In this document: positions 14,401 to 26,400 of the stretch, piece by piece | Position numbering within the stretch: the first letter of the stretch is position 1 | Layout of the letters: every line of letters starts with the position of its first letter | Source: Raja brachyura | Lineage: Eukaryota | DNA: 64,000 nt | NCBI GenBank assembly: GCA_963514005.1 | Contig: OY740820.1 | Coordinates: 8,494,001 to 8,558,000 of the forward strand | Direction of reading: 5' to 3' | The notes under the pieces: model-generated | What the model was told of the DNA's origin: nothing | Databases searched by the model: none | Seen by the model: the letters and a program-made list of their open reading frames with translations, nothing else | Made by a program: the position numbers and the translations under genes

Positions 14401-17400
14401 CAGCATTCGCCTAGCCGAAAGTTTATACTTTCACAAAAAGAAAGAACGGCGGGCCATGCTGAACTATTAAGACTAATTAGCAAAGGGGTAATTGAGAGAA
14501 CCACCGGAGAATCACAGGAGTTCGTATCAATATATTTACCAAAAATAAAAAGATGGCGGATGCCGCATAATCATAGACCTGACCGAACTGAATACTTCTG
14601 TTCTCCGGGCCTTCTGCTTAGATATGCACCAGTTGCATGTACGGTTACAAATTATAATACCACAGTGGTGGCCTATATTAATCATATGTGTGGAATAAAA
14701 TCGATATCATGTGATGAATTGCCTAATTACATCTGGCACTGGTGTCTGGATAGAGAGATTTGGATCTCAGCCACTTACCTTTCAGGTAAACTAAATACGG
14801 TGGCGAACACCAGGTCACGCAATTCAACGACAACATTGAATGGATGTTGGATCGGGACCCGGGGCCAGCAGCGATGGATGTTTCTCGCTGCATTGGGGGG
14901 ATTGTTTGCTATGCATTTCCCCTCTTCTGCCTCATCAGTCGGGTCTTACAAAAATGAAATGGACTCCGCAACGGGTATTTCGGGTTTCCCGACTGGCCTA
15001 CCCAACCATGGTCCCCAGCAGTACAAAGATGGCCGCAGAACACTGCTTTCGGATCCTCAAACGGCCGGGCCTGTTGGCACACCCTGTGACGGGTAAGTCA
15101 TCCGTGCCATGATCGCATGAACCTATTGATGCTGATTCTGAACAGGCCATTTCTGGACTTTGGATACTCCGACAGGACGATCAATGTCATCACATTGTCG
15201 TACAGGGAGTCCACCAGGGACAGCACTGACATATGTCAGAAGATGGGAGTGTTTCTGTCTTCAGAACAAACACTTCATATGACTCGGCCACCATCACTGG
15301 AGTGCTGGAGTTCTGGCCACCCTTCATTCCATGAAGGTTTGAGCTACAGTGCCATTAAATTTGCAAGGAGTGCCCTACCTACCAACCTGGACCGAGGGGG
15401 TGATCACCTGCCTATAGGATCACACCCTCTGGTATCAAACTGATGAGGGGTATTAATTCTATTTCCCCAGGGCCAGATACACCCATACATGGGACTTAGG
15501 CATAGAATTTACTATGCTTCGAGGATGGACACCAATATCGGGGCTCACTCTGGATAACTACATATAATATGGTTATGTTTATGGCACTTGTAACAGCACA
15601 ACGGGTCCAGTCTTTATAAAGCTAAGTATGTATGCCATGTGTTACCTATGGTAGATAACCTTTCTGATACAGGGGTACTCAAACTATATCGACCCTGTTC
15701 CTCTGGCCTAAAATTATCATTCTGGCCTACCCTGCAGATAGTCGTCTCTGCATTGTGACATATATTTACGATATAGAAGGAACCAAGAATCTAGGGGCAC
15801 GGAGAGGACTTTACCCATATGCCACAAACGCCCTCATCATAGGTCACAGTGCAAGCCACTTCGAGTTGGTTAAGGGTGGTATTGGGTGCAGCGGAGTGGA
15901 CACTGATGATTTAAATCTCACTCCACCAGGGCTGCATCCACGTCAGCGGCTAGGATGATGGGAGTTCCTATGGACCACATCCTTGCTACAGCGGGTTGGA
16001 GCAGTGAACGGACTTTTCAGCACTTCTATTATAAACCCGTGGCCGCTCCCGAGACGTTTACAGGGGAATATGTTAAGTTTCTGTTACATGATTTACCCAA
16101 TGTGGGGCATATCATTTTAGGTATGATTAAATACCTTCTTTGTTTTTCAGCACAGTATCATGTCTGAAATATGTTCATCCTCCATCACTACCATGGCAGT
16201 GTGTGAGCATGGACTCGTTCCAGGGCATGAAATCACAGAGCTTTGAAATCTTCACGTAGTCACTCACGTGACTCCGAAGTAAAATAGTGAGATTAAATGA
16301 GAACTTACCAGTTTGAAGTTTGATCTTTATTTTATGAGGAGTTACGATGAGGGATTACGTGCCCTCCGCTCCCAGAACCCTCTATTATAAAGTTCAACTG
16401 GTATGGAAGTTCTCTCTTATCTTACTATATTAGTCTACGTTGCTATCTGTGATTTCACACCACTGCTTTGAAGAATGTCGCGCATGCGTGCTGGCGGGGT
16501 CTTCACGTAATCCCTCATCGTAACTCCTCATAAAATAAAGATAAAACTTCAAACTGGTAAGTTCTCATTTAATCTTACTATTTATGTTGATATGATACCT
16601 GTTGGAAGATTATTTCAAAATTGCAGATCTAGCACTAATCAGTTCTTGATGCTTGGTGGCCTTTCCAATCTAACACTAACGTTTCCTTAATTTTGTTGCA
16701 GTGTCTTCCTTTCTGGCCTGAAGCCATTTCAAACAAGCTTCATGTCAGAGTAGTTGGCTCTGAACTGTCATCAAAATCGATCTTCTACAACAAGCAAGAC
16801 AATGGCACGTTGCTGAAGCTCGACTATGTGGTAAGTTTGTGCATTGGATGTGGTTTACAGTCTCGTTGATGTTGACAGAAGTTGGAGCTTGGTCATTTGG
16901 AATCAAAAGTTAAAATGTGGATATGGTGCTGATGTATTGGTCAAAATTACCAGACTGGTAACTGTCCAGAGGTGCGCACTCGGGTGTAGTCTTTAAATTC
17001 ATATGAAAATAGACACCAAAGGCTGGAGTAACTCAGCAGGTCAGACTGAAGAAGGTCTGAAGACCCGCAACATCACCTATTCCTTTTCTCCCGAGATGCT
17101 GTCTGACCAGCTGAGTTACTCCAGCGTTTTGCGTTTGATTCCGGTTTAAACCAGGATCTGCGGTTCTTTCCTACACGTTAAATTCAGTTAATGATTTGGA
17201 ATAAAAAATAAAATGCAGTCACAGTAATGCTGTACATGAAAGTGGTGGATTGTTGTGTGAAGTCCCCTAGTTCACTAATGTCCCTCAGGGTTGGAGATTT
17301 ACCATCTTTACCCAATCTGGATTATATGTAGATCCAGTTTCTTCGTGGTTAACTCTTAAATGCTTCTGAAACGGCTCAGTTGTTCCATGACTGTGGCGTT

Positions 17401-20400
17401 ACACCACAAAAGGACTAATACCTCACAGACTATCTGACAAGAACAAGGCAAAGTCACTCCATTTTGAAGTCCCCCATCCAGACTATTGTAGCAGCCTGGA
17501 TGGGGGGCTTTAATGTTCATCACCAAATAGAGTTGAGTGACAACACTGCTAACTGAGTTCAGCCTCGAGCTCAAAAGGACAGAACATTTTCTAGTGAACA
17601 AAGAAACCAAATATTAAACAGACATGACCTCATCCCTACCAATCTAGAATGAATCTCCTGATGGCATTTATTATACCTGCTTCAACTATTTCCTTTGGCA
17701 GCTTGTTGCATTTGTCTACCTGTGGCTGCGTGCCTGTGTGGAAAAAGTTGTCCCCTGGTTCCTATTAATTAAAAAAATAAAATGTTTTATTAAACTTGGG
17801 CCCTCCAGTTCTTGATTCACCTACCCTGGGGAAGAACATTCACCCTATCAGTTCCCCTCACGATTTGTTTACACCTCTATAGGACCACTCCTCAGCCAAG
17901 TAATAAAGTTCCAGCCTGCCCAACCTATCCCTTCAGCTCAGGTCCTGCAGTCCTGAAAGATGGGCACACTGCGCAAAAGACCAATTCCGATCAGTATAGA
18001 TGGTCATGTTTAGTTTAGTTTAAAGACACAGTGCGGAAGCAGGCCCTTCGGCCCACCAAGTCCGCACAGACCAGCGATCATTGCGCACTAACTCTACCCT
18101 ACACACACTAGGGACAAGTTTTACATTTTTATACATTTATACCAAGCCAATTAACCTACAAAACTGTACGCCTTTGAAGTGTGGGAGGAAATCGAAGGTT
18201 CTGGAGAAAACCCTCGCAGGTCACGGAGAGAACGTACAAACTCTGTACAGACAGCACCCGTAGTCAGGATCGAACCTGAGTCTCTGGCGCTGTAAGGAAG
18301 TAGTTCTGTTGCTGCGCCACCGTGCTGCCCAGTGCCATGTGGTGGGACCTGATACTATGCTGTATGATGATGATGCTGCAGAAAGGCAGGCTAGTGACAA
18401 GAGCAGCAGGTGCCTGCTGGATGCTGGAGGTTATGAATAGTGAGATGAAAAATTGTGAGAGTGTTACTGTGCGTTGAATAGACTTACTGTGTGTAACAGC
18501 GCATAGTCACATAGCACAAGAAACAGCCCTTTGACTCCTTTACTTACATTGATGCAATTTCATTGTCTCCAAATTCCCAGGTCCTATCATAAACACAGAA
18601 ATAGCTGGAACACTGGACAGAGCAGGCTGCATCTCGTTAGTCCAGTATTTTCTATTTTAATTGTAGATTTCCAGTGTGTGCAGCTTTATTAATTCCCAGA
18701 TTCCAGCACTGTTGTAGCCATTAAGCTTAAGTAAGTTTATTATGGCCATGTCTAGTTACCTATAGTTATTATCTGCCTGTGTTAATGTGGGTGGGATTTT
18801 ATACGTAGTTGCTGGCGAGAGGATTCTGGCGCAGACTCTCAAATGTCGGGCCATGGGATGGAACCGTTTTCTACCATGACCACGAGCATGATTGGGGCAT
18901 ATATATGTAGATAGACGATGTTCTTTTACAAGAAGAAGTTTTTGTGAAACCGCCACTGCAAGCACTCAACGGTAAAGGGAGAGTGAAGAGTGTTTAACTG
19001 TCCTATGTACCGACAAAGGAACAATGATGGTCCTACGCAGCAGCACAACAGGCCAGTAACACAATACACACACGTAGATGTGGATAAAACATAATAAACA
19101 CAATGCAACAAATTGATAATCCCAATACTAGTGCACTCATTACACACCAGGAACATCTTAACGTTCCCAGTGTAACGATCAACCCACACATGCTTTGGGA
19201 TGTGGAAGGAAAGTTGAGCACTGGGGACAACTAAAGGGCTTGTCCCACTTTCCCAAGTCCTCTGTCAAGTTGAAAGGACCTTAAGAAAAAATCAAGACTT
19301 TTGTGATCTACGAACTCCTCCTCCCGACTATCTTTTTACTCGTGGACTGTTTTGTCATGCTGAAAAAAAACCCAATTTACCCGATGCCCTGAGTACCTAC
19401 GGCTGGCATAACAAGTCGCTACGGACTCGCTACGGCCTCCCACGGACTCGCTACGGACATTCTCCAAGTTTGAATCAAGGGTTAAACTCGGGAGAATTCG
19501 TGAGTAACTCGGGAAAGTGGGACAGGCCCTTTATACTCACAGGGAGAATGTGTGAAGTCCACACAGGTGCCACCTGAGATCGGGAATGCACCAGAATTGG
19601 AGCTGTGAGCTCCATTACTGCACCACTCTGCCAGCCAAAGAACCTGATGGCAGCAAGACTACAAAGAGCTAAACTAACAATGCAAAAGGTGGCTCCAAAA
19701 TCTTCTGCTTTCATACAACATCGGAATAAAAGCAGAGGATCTTGGAGGCACTTTTTGCTCCTTTATATCAATGTCACAGCTACCCGTATTGTATTCTTTA
19801 TACTTTGATATCATGATTGGCATTATGTTCAACATGCAATCGGAGAGTAACCATATTCTCCAAACATTTCTCATCATCTCCACAGTTTAGTGGTATAGCT
19901 GCAGAAATTAACGTACATGTTTCCCAACGGTTGAGTCATTGAATTGCTTAGAAACGGGAATCCTGCCTCCCACGTAACAGGATTAATGAAATTGCATTGA
20001 ATTGTGATATTCTTACTCAATTTAGTCTACAGGTAAAGGAATAAAAAATTGTAAATACCATGTTTCCACAAAAAATCCTCTCACTCTCCCTCTCTCTTGT
20101 GTGTGAGTAATACGTCGACTCGAACACGCATCAAGATACAACACATATTTATTAAATCTACATACAGCAAGGATCTGCAGTCATCACATCTCCGAGCTGC
20201 TATTCATTCTAACCAACATAAACAGGCGCTTGATAATATGAAGTACATAGTAGCCGGAGTCACCACTAAAGGGCCTGTCCCACTGTACGAAGTAATGTAA
20301 GAGTTCTCCCGAGTTTTCCCCTGATTCGAACTCGGAGAATATCCGTAGCGGATCCATAGGAGTTTGTGAATGTCCCGTAGCGGCGCGTACGAGTAACGGT

Positions 20401-23400
20401 AGGCACTCGGGAAATCCGGCAAACTCATGACATTTTTGCAACATTATGAAAAATGTCCACGAGTAAAAAAAATACTCGTGATGAAAACATTTTTTACTTT
20501 TTACTCGTATGAGCCGCTACGAGACATCCATGAACTCCTACGGACCCGCTACGGACTTTCTCCGAGTTCGAATCGGGAAAATTCGGGATAACTCTTGAAT
20601 TACTTCGTACAGTGGGACAGGCCCTTAACAAACACTATAATTGGCTAGTATGGAATAGTCAATCTACATACAAAATTCTTAAGGGATTGGACATGCTAGA
20701 TGCAAGAAGATTGTTCCCGATGTTGGGGAGGTCCAGGACAAGGGGTCGCAGCTTAAGGATAAGGGGGAAATCCTTCAGGACCGAGATGAGAAGGACTTTT
20801 TTCACACAGAGAGTGGTCCGACTGGCAGGAAGGATGACGAGATAGGCGAGCTAAACGCCAAATGCCGCGGGGAGACCACAGTGGGAACAATAGGTGGCAG
20901 TGGGGACGTGGGACCGACTTCGGGAGGGTATACGAAACGCGAGACATCAGGATACGGAGTCGCAGATGTGATGACAATCTACATACAGTAACTAACTTTG
21001 AACACAAAATAGGTACAAATTTAAGATAGACACAAAATACTGGAGTAAATCGGCGGTTCAGGCAGCATCTCTAGAGAGAAGGAATGGGTGACGTTTCGGG
21101 TCGAGACTGGTCAGATTAGGTACAAATTTATGTCTGGAGAAGGATCACAACCTCAAAGGTCATGATTCCTTTTCTCCGGAGATGCTGCCTGACCCGCTGA
21201 GTTACTCCAGCTTTTTGTGTCTATCTTCGGTTTAAACCAGCGTCTGTAGTTTCTTCCTACAAATTGGTGACGGATGTTTTGCAGTTATTTTGGAAGTAAA
21301 GGACAGTACTTGCAGCCGATCTGATGCAGCTTTTGTTTTGTCAGTGTGGTGGAGTTATAGTGGACGTGAATGTTGCAGACCATGCCGCAGTGATCACCTT
21401 CACAGACTACTACCATGGATCAGCACCCGCCCTCGTCATTAATCATACTGCAGCGCTGAAGTTTCGCTTCAAGCAAAGGTCTGTAAAATCTGCACAACAC
21501 TTCTGCCAACCTTGTCGTCCCTTCCCACCCAAACCACCCCCTCCCCAGGTACTTTACCCTGCAACCGCAGGAGATGCAACATCAGTCCCTATACCTCCTC
21601 CCTCCACTCTGTCCATGGACTCTTTTCAGGTGAGGGTGAGGGTCACTTGCACCTCCTCCATCCTCATCTACTGTATCTGCTGTTCCAGGTGTGGACTCCT
21701 ATATATCTGCGAGACCAAGCGTAGGCTCGACTATCGTTTCGCTGAACACCTCCGCTCAGTCCGTCTTAACCAACCTGATCTCCCAGTTGCTCAGCACTTT
21801 AACTCCCCCTCCCATTCCCACACTGACCTTTCTGTCCTGGGCCTCCTCCATTGTCAGAGTGAGGCCCAGCGCAAATTGGAGGAACAGGACCTCATATTTT
21901 GTTTGGGCAGCTTACACCCCAGCGGTATGAACATTGACTTCTCTAACTTTAAATAGCCCTTGCTTTCCCTCTTTCTCCATCCCCTCCCCCTTCCCAGTTC
22001 TCCCACCAGTCGTACTGTCTCCGAGTACATTTTATCTCTGTCCCGCCCCCTCCTCTGAAGAAGGGTCTCGACCTGATACATCACCCATTCCTTCTCACCA
22101 GAGATACTGCCTGTCCCGCTGAGTTACTCCACCATTTTGCGTCAACATAGAAAATAGGTGCAGGAGGAGGCCCTTCGAGCCAGCACCGCCATTCATTGTG
22201 ATCATGGCTGATCGTCCCCAATCAATAACCCGTGCCTGCCTTCTCCCCATATCCCTTGATTCCACTAGCCCTATCTAACTCTCTCTTAAATCCATCCAGT
22301 GATTTGGCCTCCACTGCCCTCTGTGGCAGGGAGGCCAAATCAACCTTGTAAATGGTGCTGAATCACCAATTACAGCCTTCAGTCAATTTACAAACGGGAT
22401 GTAGTCCTGACAAACATTCTGTGAAAGAAACATATGTATTTGAAAAGACCAGGTGAACATGAGAATCTTCGTACAATGCACGGTTAATAGTGCGCTAATT
22501 GTTACAGTGAAAAATGAGTTTATAAATCATAGTCTTGGCATTGTACAGTACTGAAACTGCCCCTTCAGCCCACCACGTCTATGCTGATCATTTTAGAAAC
22601 AGAAACATAGTAATTAGGTGCAGGAGTTCCTGCTTTCTCCGCATATCTCTTGATCCCATTTTGACCAGCACTAATCACATTTGCCTGCATTAGAACTATA
22701 TCCTTCCACACGTTTACCCATATGTGTCTGCCTAATTATCTCCTAGATATAGCAATTGTATCTGATTCCACCATCTCCTTTAACAAGGCATTCCAGGGTA
22801 TCAACCACTTTCTGTGTATATCACAAAAACGTTAGCCCCTTTAAATATCCTACCTTTCACCTTAAAACTATGCCCACTTGTTTTCATATACTGATACTGG
22901 GAAAAATATTTTAGCTATCTATTCATTCAAGACCTCTTATTTTATATCCCTCGTAGGTTTAGTCGAGGTATGTCGTAGTAGGTCGGCATGTTATTCGTAA
23001 CAATCGAGGTAATCGAGGGTAGTCGAAGATAGTCGTAGATAGCCTTCAACAAAGTCGAAGGAAGATCGAAGGAGATCGAAGGAGGTCACCTTCACTCTCC
23101 ACTATTCAGTGTCCAATTTTCCGGAAGCTAGTCGAAGCTAGTCGATGCTAGTCTTCAAGGGTACACAAAAGGCTGGAGAAACTCAGCGGGTGCAGCAGCA
23201 TCTAAGGAGCGAAGGAGATAGGCGACGTTTCGGGTCGAGACCCTTCTTAGTCTTCAAAATAGTTGAAGGAGGTCCCAGGAGGTCTTCGACATAGTCGCAG
23301 GAGGTCTTCAACATGACGTTTTTGTCAAACTCCCCTAAACTGTTCTAAACTTGCCAATTAGGTCGCCACAGTGGGACAGCCCCTTCAGCCTCCTTCACTC

Positions 23401-26400
23401 CAGGGAAAACGAGCCCAGCATTTCCATCCCCTCCTCATAAGTCAAGTCCTGCAATACAAGGAACTTCTCTTTCTCATTCTCTTCAACTCAATCACATCCT
23501 AATAAAGTGTGTAGGAAGGAACTGCAGATGCTGGTTTAAACCGAAGATAGACACAAAATGCTGGAGTAACTCAGCAGGACAGGAAGCATTTCTGGAAAGA
23601 AGGACTGGGTGACGTTTCGGGTCGAGGCCCTTCTTCGGGCCTTTTCTCCCGAGGTACTGCCTGACCCGTTGAGTTACTCCACCTTTTTGTGTCTATCACC
23701 CTAAGAAAGTGTCATAGCCAGAACTGCACAAATGCTCCAAGTGCAGCCTAACCAACGTTTTGTAAAGATCCAACATAATGTCCCACTTGTCTTCATGTTC
23801 TATGCCTCAATGTATGAGAGAAAGTGTGCCAGATATTGTTTTACCCACCCTATCCAGCTGTGTTGCCACTGTTAGGTATCTATGGACTTGAGCCCCAGGG
23901 TTTCTCTATGCAACGATGCTGTCCCATTTATCATACATGTCCTATACTTTATCACTTCCCAATTTGCATCAACTTGGACTTGTTGGGATTAAAATCTGCC
24001 AACGTGCGGCCCTCAAAAGGGTATCAGACGAGGAAAGATGAGGATGAGTGAAATGTGAAGCCAGAGGGAGGGATCGCGTGAAATGGGACAGGGGGGGAGG
24101 GGAAAGTGGGGAGAGGAGAAGGGAATGGGGAGAGGAGAGGGATGGGAGATGAGAGTACAGAGGAGGGGTAAAGGGCAGGTAGACCAGGGGGGTGGGAGAT
24201 GGTCGGAGCAATATGTGCACACTAGGTTGGTGGTGAGGGATATAGGAAAGAGAGTGGAGGAACTATTTGATGTTGGAGAATTCAGGTTGTAAGCTACCCA
24301 AGAGGAATATGAGGTGCTGTTCCCGCAGTTTGTTTGTGGTCTCCCTATGGCAGTGGTTAGAAACTTGGCAGACTGAGCGCAATTGTTGGTGACAAAAACA
24401 AAATGCTAGAAAGTCTTTAACGCTGGCAGAATCTGCGGAAAGAGAAACTGTCAATGTTTTGGATTAGTAATCTTCCTGTTTTTAGTTTAGTCTAGTTTAC
24501 TGATACAGCATGAAAACAGGCCCTTCAGCCCACCCAAGTCCATACCGTACTAACCATCCATCCATCTCCTGTTTACACTAGTTTTATGTTATCCCACTTT
24601 CTCATTCTCTCCCTACACACTAGGGGCAATTAACCTACAAACACACACGTCTATGCGATGTGGGAGGAAACCGAAGCACCCGGAGGAAACCCACGTGATC
24701 ACTGGGAGAATGTGCAAACTCCACACAGACAGCACCCAACACCAGGATTAAACTTGGGTCCCTGGCGCTGTGATGCAGCAGCTCTACCTCTGCGCCACTG
24801 TGCCACCTACTACAAAATAAACAAATATTCATTTCCGGTTTCTATCATTTGCATTTGGTGTTTGAATTTTGGGAATGAAGCTCAAGGAAAATATAGAATA
24901 GACCATTGTTAGCTGGGAGAAGGTAACAACAAAGCAAACAGAGACAGTAAGACTGGTCGGAGAACTGGGAAGGGGGAGGGATGGAGAGAGAGAGAAAGCG
25001 AGGGTTACTTGAAGTTGGCTTTAGCTTTCTCAGATTGTACATTTTTGTATTGCAGGATTTTTCTTTCCTCACAAACTAGTTTTCTCACGATCCTGCTCTG
25101 CTCCAAACAGTGGATGCTTCTAGTTATTACCATTGACAGATCAGAGTGAATATTTGCATCACTTCTGGTATCGCATTCATTAGATCATAATTTAACACAG
25201 ATTTTAATCTTCAACAAGCAGCAACTTGCATTCAGTAATTGAGAAGTGGATGAACTTTTATAATTTTAAAAAACAAATTGCTTTATGCAAAGAACCACTC
25301 ACTGTGGCTGAACCGTTTGCCTAATTCTATTTTAAATTTAATGTTCACGTTCAAAATAGTTCTTGCATCAAAGCGATCAAATTACAAATTGTGCAATGAC
25401 TGAATTTAACTTGGATATCAAACGTGGCAGATAGTCTCATCTCATGGGGCTTTGTACATCTTCACGGATAGAAAAAGGTTTAGACGAACATGGGCCAAAC
25501 GTGGGCAGGTGGGACTGGTGTAGATGGGCCCATTGGTCAGCATGGGCAAGCTCCTTCGGGTGTTTTTCAACTGTCCATATAGACAATCTCGAGGGCTTTG
25601 GCCTCATCAGCCTTTGTGATTACTTCCTCAAAAAACTCAATCAACAATAAGACATGATCTCCCATGAGCAAAACCATGCTGACTCTCCCTAATCAGCCCA
25701 TCTATCCAAACGCATATATATCTTTTCCCTCGGAATTCTCTCCAATAACTTGCCTACCACAGCTGTTAGGCTCACTGGTCCATTTGATCCCACACTTTTT
25801 CTTGCAGCCCTTATAGAGTTACAATATTATCCATCCTCCAGTCTTCTGGCACCCACCCACGTATAATGATGACTCGTATATCTCAGCGAGGGCCCCTGCA
25901 ATTTATTCTCAATGTCCCCGTATATATCAGATCAGGCTGGGGAGATTTATCTACCTGCATTAGCATTAGGACATTCAGCACCTCCTTGACAGTAATGCAG
26001 ACTGTCCTCAATACATCGCCTTTAACTGTCCCAATTTCCCCAGTTTTCATGTCTTTCTCCATGGTAAAAATACTCTTCGAGGACCATGCCCATCTCCTGT
26101 GGCTCCACACAGAGATCACTGCTTTGGTGTCTGAGGGGCTCTATTCCCTGTCTAGCTACCCTCTTTCTCTCAATATACACCAAATTGATACTGTCTGCCA
26201 GAACTATCTGTCCCATATGTGCCCTTCTGATTTCCACCTTAAGTATGCATCTCAGTTCCAGAAACCCCTGCAGGGATACACGATCCTGGCTACCTGTACC
26301 TATCCCATGCCTTCTTCTTTTCCCTGACCAGAGCCTCAATTTCTCTCGCCATCCAAGCTTTCTTACACCCACTTGCCTTGCCCTTCACTCTAACAGGAAC

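Noticed and set aside
13079-16167. GC-rich ORF cluster as a nested host gene or prokaryotic insert
   Set aside because: The peptides are gag-, RT/RNase H- and tyrosine-recombinase-like and are bounded by DIRS termini.
24030-24262. Purine-rich tract with G/E-rich and P/S-rich ORFs
   Set aside because: Low-complexity spacer of a minus-strand Penelope tail; the ORFs are compositional.
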